Assembly (NCBI GenBank): GCA_041661005.1 | Contig: JBAZVG010000001.1 | Span: 735,515 to 799,514 of the forward strand | From: Minisyncoccota bacterium | GTDB taxonomy: Bacteria; Patescibacteriota; Minisyncoccia; Phycocordibacterales; UBA9973 | Direction of reading: 5' to 3' | DNA length: 64,000 nt | Shown here: positions 1-9,562 of the stretch, piece after piece | How the letters are laid out: each line of letters begins with the position of its first letter | Numbering within the stretch: position 1 is the stretch's first letter | The notes under the pieces: model-generated | Told to the model about the DNA's origin: nothing | The model's input: the letters and a program-made list of their open reading frames with translations, nothing else | The model's database searches: none | Position numbers and translations under genes: made by a program

Positions 1-204
1 AATGCCGGCATATTCCGATGAATTAGCATACAGAATTGGTCTTATAGATAATTCTGTTCCTCTAGAAACTTTGCGTGAAAAATATCACATAAACGAAAGG
101 GCCTTAAAATATGCTGATAGCTCTGATTTTTCAAAGATGATAAGGGAGTAAAGAGGACGTTTAAGAATATTGATTTTGTTTAGACGTTTGGATATAATAA
201 ACCC

Positions 205-735
205 ATGAAAAAAATACAAAATGGTGCAGCGTTTGTTTTTATTGTTTCTGTTTTTATTTTAACAGCTATTTCTATTTGTGGAGTCTGGAAAATATTTAGT
301 GACGATGTGATAACTAAATCTATTCAAACATTTGGCTTGCTTTCTATAGTCGCTGTTATTGTCATCATTGCTGGTAGATTTGTAGATTCTCGTGAGCAAC
401 TAGCTGTCTCTAGTACTGGTGCTGTTGAAACCGTGCCATTTTCTAACCCAGCTTTTACGACTACTAGAAAAATTACATTAGCAATTTTAATTATTTCCAT
501 TTCTCTTTTAGCGTTTCTGGGAGTGCTGGCGATTTGGGATGTTTTATCTGGAGAAATACTCAATAAATCTTTATCTAGTATTGCGATCATAGCATTTGCT
601 TCTGTCGTCGTTGTTATAACTTGTCTAGAGAGAGAAAAACATAAATTAATGCATCAAAAAATGTCTGGAGGAGTTATCCTTCTTATGTTGCTATTTGGTT
701 GGTTTTTTCTTTCCTTTCTTTTTAGGCTTTTTTAA
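205..735 (+). CDS. hypothetical integral membrane protein
   Basis: The 176-aa ORF has several hydrophobic helix-like segments. No motif was recognised. Confidence 0.4.
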   Translation: MKKIQNGAAFVFIVSVFILTAISICGVWKIFSDDVITKSIQTFGLLSIVAVIVIIAGRFVDSREQLAVSSTGAVETVPFSNPAFTTTRKITLAILIISISLLAFLGVLAIWDVLSGEILNKSLSSIAIIAFASVVVVITCLEREKHKLMHQKMSGGVILLMLLFGWFFLSFLFRLF

Positions 736-780
736 TCTAGAAGTGTAAAAACAAAGATTTTATGTTAAAATCAGCCAATA

Positions 781-3700
781 ATGGCTGAAAATGTAAATAA
801 TAGTAAATCAGACCCGCTTCGCCAAAGCAGAAGCGAGGCGAGTGTAGCACTTCCCGTCTCTGCTGGGAGCTCCGACGCGGCAAAGCGCGAAGAGGTGGTT
901 TTAGAATTTTGGCGTGAGAATAAAATTTTTGAAAAATCTGTAAAAGCCAGAGAAGGAAGAAAAGAATTTGTTTTTTACGATGGACCGGTTACGGCAAACT
1001 CTAAACCAGTTCTTCACACCATGGTGCCTTTTTCTTTTAAAGATGTAATCCCGAGATATAAAACCATGCGAGGTTATCACGTACGTCGTAAAGGTGGGTG
1101 GGATACACACGGTTTACCAGTAGAACTACAGATAGAAAAAAAACTAGGATTCAAGTCAAAAATAGATATTGAAAATTATGGTATTGCCGCTTTTAATAAA
1201 TTGTGCAAAGACAGTGTTTGGGAGTACATAGGGTTATGGAAAAGTTTTACTGAACGGATGGGTTATTGGGCTGATCAGGAAAATCCGTATGTGACATACC
1301 ACAATGATTATATTGAATCCGTATGGAACGTGGTAAAAAAAATAAATGATCGTAAATTGCTCTATAAAGATTACAAAGTTGTGCCTTGGTGTCCTAGATG
1401 TGGCACAGCTTTATCTTCGCATGAACTTGCGCAAGGGTATGAAGATGTAAAAGATTTGTCGGTGTATGTGAAATTCAAAATTATCGGATTTCCGAAAGCA
1501 TATTTCTTGGCTTGGACGACTACGCCGTGGACTCTGCCGGGAAATGTTGCTCTCGCTGTCGGTAAAGACATTATTTATGTGGAAGCGAAAGTAAAAGATG
1601 AAATTTTAGTGCTTGCCAAAGAACGACTTTCTGTAATCACTGATCCTTATGAAATTATTGCCGAGCATAAGGGAAGCGAAATGGTTGGTATGCAATATGA
1701 ACCGCTTTTTCCTTATCTCAATGAAACTATTTCGGGAAGCGAAAAATCAAAACTAGAAAAAGCATACAAAGTATATACTGCTGATTTTGTAAATACAGCA
1801 GATGGAACAGGCATTGTGCATACGGCTGTCATGTATGGTCAGGACGATTTTGTGCTTGGAACGCAAGTTGGCTTGCCAAAACATCACCTTGTGGATCTGG
1901 AAGGAAAATTTCTGAAGGGAGCTGGGTTTTTGGAAGCTAGATTTGTCAGAGAGACTGACCAGAATGGAAAACCGACTCTCGCGGTAGATATAATTGAGGA
2001 TTTAAAGAAAAGAAATTTATTTTTCAAGCAGGAAAATTACAAGCACTCTTATCCGCACTGCTGGCGCTGTCATACGGCGCTCATTTATTATGCGCGGGAT
2101 TCTTGGTATATCCGAATGTCTTCTCCCGCAATCAAAAAGCAATTAATCAGTGAAAATAAAAAAATAAATTGGGAGCCGGCGCATATTCGTGACGGACGTT
2201 TTGGCGAATGGCTACGGGAGATTAAAGATTGGGCGATATCGAGGGAGAGATATTGGGGGACGCCACTTCCGGTCTGGACATGTGAATCTTGCAAGGAGAT
2301 CAATGTTTTGGGAAGTCTGGATGAAATAAAATCAAAGACCAAAAAATCTGGCAATCAGTATTTTATCGCTCGTCATGGCGAGGCTATGAGTAACGTTAAA
2401 GGGGTTGTTGATTCAAAGGGTGACGAGAAGAACAATATGACTGAAAGGGGAATACAAGATGTAAAAAATAATATAAAAAGATGCAAGGAAACTCATTTTG
2501 ATTTCATTTTTAGCTCTCCGATGCTTCGCACTAGAGAAACAGCTTCAATCATTGCTGATACGATTGGTTTTGACAAAAATAAAATTATTTTCGATGAACG
2601 TTTATGGGAATTCAAAGTAGGAGATCTCGATGGAAAAAATATAGAAGAGTATTGTAAATATATCAAAACCATATCGGATTATTTTTCAACTCCGCTTCCA
2701 AGTGGAGAGAGTCGCCTCTCAGTGCATAAACGCATGGGAGATTTTATATATGAGTTGGAAAAGAAATATTCAAATAAAAAAATATTAATAATTTCTCATG
2801 GCGACCCTACTTTGGCAATGTTTTTAATTGCAAAGGGCTATACAAAAAGTGAGATAAAAAAAGAAGAAAATGATTTCAAATATTTACAGACAGGTGAGAT
2901 CAGAGAGCTTGATTTTGTCCCTCTTCCACACAATGAAGATTATGAATTGGATTTACATAAACCGTATATTGATGAGATTCCACTTACGTGTAAATGTGGT
3001 GGGAAATTAATTCGCACAAAAGAGGTGATGGACGTCTGGTTTGATTCCGGATGCATGCCTTTTGCGCAAGATCATTATCCCTTCGACTTCGCTCAGGGCG
3101 AGCCTTTTGAAAATGTGAAACTACCGTATCCGGCGGATTTTATTTGCGAAGCGATAGATCAGACTCGCGGTTGGTTTTACACTTTGCACGCTATTGGAAT
3201 TTTAATGGGGAAGGGTCAAGCATATAAGAATGTAATCTGCTTGGGGCACTTGCTCGATGCCAAAGGTAAAAAGATGTCTAAGTCTTTGGGTAATATCGTC
3301 GATCCTTGGAGCATGATAGAAAAATATGGTGTGGATACGCTTCGTCTGTGGATGTATTCAGTCAATCAGCCTGGAGAGTCAAAGAATTTTGATGAGAAAA
3401 CTGTCGCTCTGCTTTATAGTCAAGTTTTCGGGTTGCTTTACAATGTGCTTGCCTTTTATGAACTTTATAGAGATAAAAAAATAGAGACAAATGAACGGCC
3501 TAAGTCTAAAAATATTCTAGACAAATGGATTTTAGCTAGACTGGACGAACTAATAAAACTTTCTACGGAAAATCTGGACAATTATAAATTGCTTGAACCA
3601 GTGCGGGGAGTTAGGGATTTTATCAATGATCTGTCTACTTGGTATTTGCGTCGTTCACGCGAGCGAATTAAATCCGCCTCCGCTCAAGGCTCCGGCGAGA

Positions 3701-4866
3701 CAAGAGATGGAGACAATGCTAAAATGACACTTTATTTTGTATTGAAAACTTTGGCAAAAATTATGGCTCCTTTTGCTCCGTTTACAGCAGAGGATGTTTG
3801 GTCGAAATTGAGGAATGATGACGATAAAGAAAGTGTGCATCTGGAAAAATGGCCGACGGTGTCAAAGATGCCTTTTGACATATTTAGGAAGAAAAAAACA
3901 ACCATCTTGAAAGATATGAAAGTTGTTCGCGAAATCGTTACTCTCGGCTTAGAAGCTCGTCAAAGAGCGAAAATCCAAGTCCGTCAGCCACTCAACCAAT
4001 TACGGATTAAGAATCACGAATTAGGCGACGTCCATGTAGAATTAATAAAAGACGAATTGAATGTGAGAGAAGCTGTTTTTGATAATTCTATTTTAAGTGA
4101 AGTGGAGCTTGATACAAATATTACTCCGGCGCTCAAAGCAGAAGGAGAGTATCGAGAATTTATGAGAGAGCTTCAAGATGAAAGAAAAAAAATGGGTTTG
4201 AATCCGGGTGACAAAATGCCACTTAGTATTGATAAGATTTATAAAAAATATAAAATAATGCTCTCTTTGCAAAATCACATGCTTCGGGTGGCAGCGGTTG
4301 CGTCTCTCATCTGTGATAATTTTGACGAGCCTTTAAATAAAGAAGAAGTTGTTACTGCTTGTTTGCTTCATGATATGGGGAATATCATAAAATCAGACTT
4401 GAGTTACTTTCCTGAATTTTTAAAGCCTGAAGGTCTGGAATATTGGCAGAGCGTCAAAGATGAATATATCGCAAAATATGGAAATAACGAGCATGAGGCG
4501 ACAATAAAGATTATCAAAGAAATTGGTTTATCTGACCAAATGGTCAGACTTGCGGGTAAAATTGAATTTTCTCTTTTATGTATTCATCGAGATAGTGATG
4601 AGATGAGTATTAAGATAACTCACTATTGTGATTTACGGGTCGGCCCTCATGGAGTTTTGTCGTATGACGAGCGGATGGATGAAGGAAAAAAGAGATATGA
4701 GGGAAGAACTGACGTTTTTGCTGTTCAAGGACGTGAAGAACTCATAGTCTGCGGAAAAGAAATGGAAAAACAAATTTTCGAAAAATGCAAGATAAAACCG
4801 GAAGATATAAATGACGAAACAGTAACGCCTTTAATTTTAGAACTACGAGACTTCATGATAAAATAA
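781..4866 (+). CDS. ileS: isoleucyl-tRNA synthetase carrying an internal histidine-phosphatase (PGAM-like) domain and a C-terminal HD phosphohydrolase domain
   Basis: Class I aaRS signatures are present: PxxxxHxGH-like 'PVLHTM', KMSKS ('KMSKSLGN'), 'TTTPWTLPGN' (editing), 'DVWFDSG' and 'WYLRRSRER'. The insert at about 2330-2930 carries RHGE...SHGD histidine-phosphatase motifs. The C-terminus at about 4240-4866 has the H..HD..D motifs of an HD domain. Confidence 0.85.
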   Translation: MAENVNNSKSDPLRQSRSEASVALPVSAGSSDAAKREEVVLEFWRENKIFEKSVKAREGRKEFVFYDGPVTANSKPVLHTMVPFSFKDVIPRYKTMRGYHVRRKGGWDTHGLPVELQIEKKLGFKSKIDIENYGIAAFNKLCKDSVWEYIGLWKSFTERMGYWADQENPYVTYHNDYIESVWNVVKKINDRKLLYKDYKVVPWCPRCGTALSSHELAQGYEDVKDLSVYVKFKIIGFPKAYFLAWTTTPWTLPGNVALAVGKDIIYVEAKVKDEILVLAKERLSVITDPYEIIAEHKGSEMVGMQYEPLFPYLNETISGSEKSKLEKAYKVYTADFVNTADGTGIVHTAVMYGQDDFVLGTQVGLPKHHLVDLEGKFLKGAGFLEARFVRETDQNGKPTLAVDIIEDLKKRNLFFKQENYKHSYPHCWRCHTALIYYARDSWYIRMSSPAIKKQLISENKKINWEPAHIRDGRFGEWLREIKDWAISRERYWGTPLPVWTCESCKEINVLGSLDEIKSKTKKSGNQYFIARHGEAMSNVKGVVDSKGDEKNNMTERGIQDVKNNIKRCKETHFDFIFSSPMLRTRETASIIADTIGFDKNKIIFDERLWEFKVGDLDGKNIEEYCKYIKTISDYFSTPLPSGESRLSVHKRMGDFIYELEKKYSNKKILIISHGDPTLAMFLIAKGYTKSEIKKEENDFKYLQTGEIRELDFVPLPHNEDYELDLHKPYIDEIPLTCKCGGKLIRTKEVMDVWFDSGCMPFAQDHYPFDFAQGEPFENVKLPYPADFICEAIDQTRGWFYTLHAIGILMGKGQAYKNVICLGHLLDAKGKKMSKSLGNIVDPWSMIEKYGVDTLRLWMYSVNQPGESKNFDEKTVALLYSQVFGLLYNVLAFYELYRDKKIETNERPKSKNILDKWILARLDELIKLSTENLDNYKLLEPVRGVRDFINDLSTWYLRRSRERIKSASAQGSGETRDGDNAKMTLYFVLKTLAKIMAPFAPFTAEDVWSKLRNDDDKESVHLEKWPTVSKMPFDIFRKKKTTILKDMKVVREIVTLGLEARQRAKIQVRQPLNQLRIKNHELGDVHVELIKDELNVREAVFDNSILSEVELDTNITPALKAEGEYREFMRELQDERKKMGLNPGDKMPLSIDKIYKKYKIMLSLQNHMLRVAAVASLICDNFDEPLNKEEVVTACLLHDMGNIIKSDLSYFPEFLKPEGLEYWQSVKDEYIAKYGNNEHEATIKIIKEIGLSDQMVRLAGKIEFSLLCIHRDSDEMSIKITHYCDLRVGPHGVLSYDERMDEGKKRYEGRTDVFAVQGREELIVCGKEMEKQIFEKCKIKPEDINDETVTPLILELRDFMIK

Positions 4867-4870
4867 GAGG

Positions 4871-5509
4871 ATGAAAATAAGAAAACTCGGGCATTGTTGT
4901 TTGGTAATAGAAATAAATGGCAAAAAGATAATGACAGATCCGGGGTCTTATACTGTTGAGGAACAAAGTAGGGAATCCAATGTCGATCTGATTTTAATCA
5001 CACACGAACATCCAGACCATTTTCATTTGGAGTCTTTAAAAAAGATTTTGATAAATAATTCTAGTGCTATGGTCATTACAAACAACGGAGTAGGGAAATT
5101 ATTGAACGAGGTTGGAATTAAATATAAAGTTTTAGAAAATAAAATCCCAGAAGAATTTTTCGGGGTGGAGCTTGAGGCTCATGATTGCAAACATGAAGAA
5201 ATTTTTGAAGAGATAGGGCAGGTGCAGAATACTGGATACTTTATTGGTCAGAAATTATTTTATCCTGGGGACGCTTTTTATAATCCCGGTAAACCTGTTG
5301 AAATTTTAGCATTGCCGGTAGCTGGTCCATGGACTAGCATAAAAAATGCAATGAGATATGCTTTAGACATAAAACCAAAAGTTTGTTTTCCTGTGCACGA
5401 TGGAATGCTTAGATCATTTGGAACTTCTCACAGAGTGCCTGCGTTAGTTTTGCCAAAATTCAATATAATTTTTAAAAATTTCGAAGATAATAAAGAAGAA
5501 GAATTCTAA
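4871..5509 (+). CDS. MBL-fold metallo-hydrolase
   Basis: An HxHxDH motif ('ITHEHPDH') is present, and the beta-lactamase-fold hydrolase pattern follows. Confidence 0.7.
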   Translation: MKIRKLGHCCLVIEINGKKIMTDPGSYTVEEQSRESNVDLILITHEHPDHFHLESLKKILINNSSAMVITNNGVGKLLNEVGIKYKVLENKIPEEFFGVELEAHDCKHEEIFEEIGQVQNTGYFIGQKLFYPGDAFYNPGKPVEILALPVAGPWTSIKNAMRYALDIKPKVCFPVHDGMLRSFGTSHRVPALVLPKFNIIFKNFEDNKEEEF

Positions 5510-6090
5510 TGCACCACATTTATCACACAGAGGGAATAATATTGAGTAGCCGAAATTTTGGGGAAGCGGGGAAATATTATAGTGTTTTTACTCGTGATTT
5601 GGGGATGATTCATGCTTCCGCTCAGGGGGTGCGAAAAATGTCTTCAAAATTGCGTTTTGTGTTGCAAGATTTTTCTTATCTCAAGATTGATTTAGTCCAA
5701 GGCAAAAATATTTTTCGAATAACGAACGCGTCAAAGACAAACACACTTGAGCGCATCACCAGACAGCCTGAAAACTTTAAAGTCTTTGCGAATGTCGCGC
5801 GTTTATTGAAACGCTTGTTGGCCGGTGTCGAACCAAATGAAACTTTGTTCACAGATTTAGTGAATGGTTTGTTAATTTTAGAAAAGGCAAAGACTAAAGA
5901 AGATCTGAGCAACATCGAAGTAATCATAGTTCTGCGCATATTAAACAATCTAGGATATATCGGTGACAATGAAATATTGCAGAATCTTATAAAGTCTCCT
6001 TTCGAGGAAGATTTGATATTCGAAGTTTCGAAATCGAGAATTCATGTGTTACGTCAGATAAATAAAGCGCTCAAAGAGACGCATTTGTAA
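5509..6090 (+). CDS. recO: DNA repair protein RecO-like (short)
   Basis: The N-terminal OB-fold pattern 'EGIILSSRNFGEAGKYYSVFTRDLGMIHASAQGVRK' matches the RecO N-terminus. The start codon overlaps the upstream stop. Confidence 0.5.
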   Translation: MHHIYHTEGIILSSRNFGEAGKYYSVFTRDLGMIHASAQGVRKMSSKLRFVLQDFSYLKIDLVQGKNIFRITNASKTNTLERITRQPENFKVFANVARLLKRLLAGVEPNETLFTDLVNGLLILEKAKTKEDLSNIEVIIVLRILNNLGYIGDNEILQNLIKSPFEEDLIFEVSKSRIHVLRQINKALKETHL

Positions 6091-6160
6091 AAATAGCATA
6101 AATGATTTCAGATTCGTAGAAATTTTTTTAAATGCAATTTTGATGTTATAATGCTCCTAT

Positions 6161-8110
6161 ATGTCATTAAACGATAGGAATAAATTAAACAGGATAGAGG
6201 AGCTCAAAAGCAAACTTTTTAGTAAAAGTTACCAGACGAAAATGGAGCACCGAGACAGATTTACACCCTCGAGAAGGAATGATATTCCAGATGTTTGGGA
6301 AGGCGGGAAAAATATCGGGGCTAATTCTGTTTCAAATCGAGGCAGGTTTTTTATGAAGACCTCTGTATTCAAAAGTTTTTTCCTGTTTTCTTTGGTTTTT
6401 TTTGGTTTAACTCTTATTTATGCTTCTTACGTGTTTTTTGCCGGTGGCAATACTGTTTCGAGCGACAACATAGAGATCTCCATACTCGGAAATAATTTCA
6501 CTGCCGGTGGGGAAGATCTGTCGCTCATTGTGGGCATTGCAAATAAAAATAATTCCTCACTTGATTTAGTTGATCTTGTTGTGGAGTATCCCAAAGGCTC
6601 TTCCAATTCGGAAACGGGTTTGTCAACTGGGACAGAAAGGTTTCGAGAATCCTTGGGGGCGATTCCTGCTGGAGCGGTGCGTAATGAGAATATAAAAGTG
6701 GTGCTTTTTGGCGAACAAGGGGCTGTGCGTCCTATCAAAGTTTCTATTGAATATCGGGTGGAAGGTTCGAATGCTATTTTTGTGAAAGAAAAAAAATATG
6801 AAGTTACGATCAGTTCCACGCCCTTGAATCTTTCCATTGATGCTCCTCTTACAATAAGCCCAAATCAAGACATCACTCTGAACGTGAAGGCGACCCTGAA
6901 CGCTACTTATCCAGTTTCAAAAATACTTCTTAAGTTAGATTATCCGATCGGGTTCCAATTTGTATCATCTGTTCCAGCTCCTTCTCTCGGAAACAATGTC
7001 TGGAGTTTGGGAGATCTGGCTCCCGGCGCAGGGCGTAATATTTCTATAACTGGAAAAATGTTTGATGTTGTCGATGGAGAAGAAAAGACGTTTCACATAT
7101 CGAGCGGATCGCAGTCAGCGGGAGATAAGTCCATGATCGACATGGTTTTCAACTCCTTATCACATACTGTTGAAATAAAAAAACCTTTCATCGAAGCAAA
7201 GCTTTTTGTAAACGGCGCATATCAGAGAGAATATTCCACAAATGCGAAAACTCCATTTCGTGGAGAGATCAGGTGGACAAACAACCTAGACACCAAGGTG
7301 AACGATCTTGAAATCAGAGCGAAGATTTCTGGCAATGCCGTTGATCGTAGAACGATAAACTCTGATCAAGGTTTCTATAATTCATCGACTGACACAATAA
7401 TTTGGGACAAGAATTCCAAGGATGATTTCAGGGAAATAAATCCAGGAGATTCTGGTTCTGTAAGTTTTTCCATCTCTCCACTCTCATTGTTTTCTGTCGC
7501 GAGCGGGATGCTCACCGATCCTATTATCAGCGTCAATATTTCTATTTCTGGCAAACAGTTGTTGGCTGGCTATGCAACTACGGATTTGAATAATTCTGAT
7601 TCTTCGGTTATTAAAATTATTTCTGATGTTGGATTTGCGACTAAGGCGCTTTATTATTCTGGACCTTTTACAAATAATGGCCCTGTTCCTCCTAGAGTTG
7701 AACAGGAAACATCTTATACAATAGTCTGGTCTCTTTCGAATACTGCCAACAATATTTCAAAAGGCGTGGTTCGTTCCAGCATTCCTTCGTGGGTAAAATT
7801 TATGGATTCCGTCTCGCCAACCAGTGAAGACCTAGTTTTCAATTCCTCCACTAGAGAAATCACTTGGAATATAGGCAGGATTCCTAAAGGCACTGGCATC
7901 ACCGAAGCTCTACGCAGTGTCTCCTTTCAGATTGCGATTTCTCCTTCACTTTCTCAGGTCGGAACTATTCCAGTTATCATAAATGACAGTATTTTGACTG
8001 GACATGATGATTTTGCTAATGTAGACGTGAGAGTAAGTAAAAATGCGCTCCGCACGCAATTAGATAACGACCCTCAGTTTCCTCCTGCTGGAGGCACGAT
8101 AGTTGAATAA
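6161..8110 (+). CDS. hypothetical membrane-anchored extracellular protein
   Basis: It has a cytoplasmic N-terminus, a single TM helix (FFLFSLVFFGLTLIYASYVFF), and a ~550-aa Ser/Thr/Asn-rich ectodomain. No catalytic motif was recognised. Confidence 0.5.
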   Translation: MSLNDRNKLNRIEELKSKLFSKSYQTKMEHRDRFTPSRRNDIPDVWEGGKNIGANSVSNRGRFFMKTSVFKSFFLFSLVFFGLTLIYASYVFFAGGNTVSSDNIEISILGNNFTAGGEDLSLIVGIANKNNSSLDLVDLVVEYPKGSSNSETGLSTGTERFRESLGAIPAGAVRNENIKVVLFGEQGAVRPIKVSIEYRVEGSNAIFVKEKKYEVTISSTPLNLSIDAPLTISPNQDITLNVKATLNATYPVSKILLKLDYPIGFQFVSSVPAPSLGNNVWSLGDLAPGAGRNISITGKMFDVVDGEEKTFHISSGSQSAGDKSMIDMVFNSLSHTVEIKKPFIEAKLFVNGAYQREYSTNAKTPFRGEIRWTNNLDTKVNDLEIRAKISGNAVDRRTINSDQGFYNSSTDTIIWDKNSKDDFREINPGDSGSVSFSISPLSLFSVASGMLTDPIISVNISISGKQLLAGYATTDLNNSDSSVIKIISDVGFATKALYYSGPFTNNGPVPPRVEQETSYTIVWSLSNTANNISKGVVRSSIPSWVKFMDSVSPTSEDLVFNSSTREITWNIGRIPKGTGITEALRSVSFQIAISPSLSQVGTIPVIINDSILTGHDDFANVDVRVSKNALRTQLDNDPQFPPAGGTIVE

Positions 8111-9488
8111 AGATATGGCAGACAAAAATAAAAAAGAAGAAAAGAAAAATGATTTGATGGAAAAAATTGTCTCGCTATGCAAGAGGCGGGGGTTTGTTTA
8201 TCAAGGTTCAGAAATATATGGTGGACTAGGAGGGACTTACGATTGGGGGCATTTTGGCGTGGCGTTGAAAAATAATATCAAACAATCTTGGTGGAAAAAG
8301 TTTGTTGACTCTCGCAGAGACATGTATGGAGTGGATGCGGCTATTTTAATGCGCCAGGAAGTCTGGCAAGCGTCTGGGCACGTGGCGGGTTTTGCTGATC
8401 CGTTGGTTGAATGTAAAAAATGTGGAGAAATGTTTAGAATGGATGATGGTAAGTTATCAAAAGAAATGATGGATCACCAAGAAAAAAAACATCTTGGGTC
8501 GGTAAACTCTTATGAGTTGGTAGAATTAGTAAAACAGAATTTTACCAATGAGCGCAAATTCAACATGATGTTTCAGACGAAAGTTGGCGCTTCAGATGAT
8601 TCCAGCGCGATATCATACTTGCGTCCGGAAACGGCGCAAGGGATGTTTGTGAATTTCAAAAATACCGTCGATGCTTTTCATCCGAAACTTCCTTTTGGTA
8701 TGGCGCAGATCGGAAAGGCTTTTAGAAATGAAATAACTCCTCGTGATTTCCTTTTCCGTCAGCGTGAATTCGAGCAGATGGAAATAGAATACTTCATCAG
8801 ACCCGGCGATTGGGAAAAGTATTTTGAATATTGGAAGGATGAAATGTTGTCCTGGATGGAAGAAGTGGGTTTCGATATGGCAAAAGTCCACGAGCTCGAG
8901 GTGGCAAAGGAAGACAGGGCGCATTATTCCAGTCGAACGGTTGATTTTGAATTTGATTACCCGTTTGGGAAAAAAGAACTTTTCGGTCTCGCATATAGGA
9001 CGGATTTTGATTTAAAGAATCACAAACTTGAATATATAGATGAGGATGAGAAAGAAAAGATAATTCCACATGTCATAGAACCGACTTTTGGTGTGGACCG
9101 AGCTGTGCTCGCCTTGCTTCTTTCAGTTTATGTTGAAGACCAAAAAGGTGAAGAAATGCGTTCGTATTTAAAATTCAAACCCAGCATTGCGCCAATAGTT
9201 TGCGCCGTCTCGCCACTTCTAAAGAACAAGCCCGAACTTGTCGAATATGCAAATGTTAAAGTCTATGCGCCACTCAAGGCAGAATTTGGCAGGGTAGCAT
9301 GGGATGATAATGGCAACATCGGCAAGCGTTATCGCCGTCAAGATGAGATCGGCACGCCGTTTTGCATCGTGGTTGATTTTGATACATTGACTGATGACAC
9401 AGTAACCGTTCGTGACCGTGATACAGGCAAGCAGGAGAGAATAAAAGTGGCTGATTTACAAAATTATATAAAAGAGAAGATAAGTTAA
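8103..9488 (+). CDS. glyQS: glycyl-tRNA synthetase (alpha2 dimeric type)
   Basis: The GlyRS N-terminal signature 'RRGFVYQGSEIYGGLGGTYDWGHFG' is present, together with class II motif 2 'FRNEITPRDFLFRQREFEQME'. Confidence 0.85.
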   Translation: MNKDMADKNKKEEKKNDLMEKIVSLCKRRGFVYQGSEIYGGLGGTYDWGHFGVALKNNIKQSWWKKFVDSRRDMYGVDAAILMRQEVWQASGHVAGFADPLVECKKCGEMFRMDDGKLSKEMMDHQEKKHLGSVNSYELVELVKQNFTNERKFNMMFQTKVGASDDSSAISYLRPETAQGMFVNFKNTVDAFHPKLPFGMAQIGKAFRNEITPRDFLFRQREFEQMEIEYFIRPGDWEKYFEYWKDEMLSWMEEVGFDMAKVHELEVAKEDRAHYSSRTVDFEFDYPFGKKELFGLAYRTDFDLKNHKLEYIDEDEKEKIIPHVIEPTFGVDRAVLALLLSVYVEDQKGEEMRSYLKFKPSIAPIVCAVSPLLKNKPELVEYANVKVYAPLKAEFGRVAWDDNGNIGKRYRRQDEIGTPFCIVVDFDTLTDDTVTVRDRDTGKQERIKVADLQNYIKEKIS

Positions 9489-9562
9489 AATACACAATTC
9501 TTACTTAGTGAATCAATCTCAGTCTGGTTGATTTTGAAATAGTATAATTATATTATGTTTAT

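Noticed and set aside
1-150. Possible 3' end of a gene at the window start
   Set aside because: Only a 32-codon open stretch (52-150) precedes the first stop, which is too short to call.
324-590. 88-aa minus-strand ORF overlapping the 205-735 membrane protein gene
   Set aside because: It is fully antisense to a better-supported hydrophobic ORF and has no start context.
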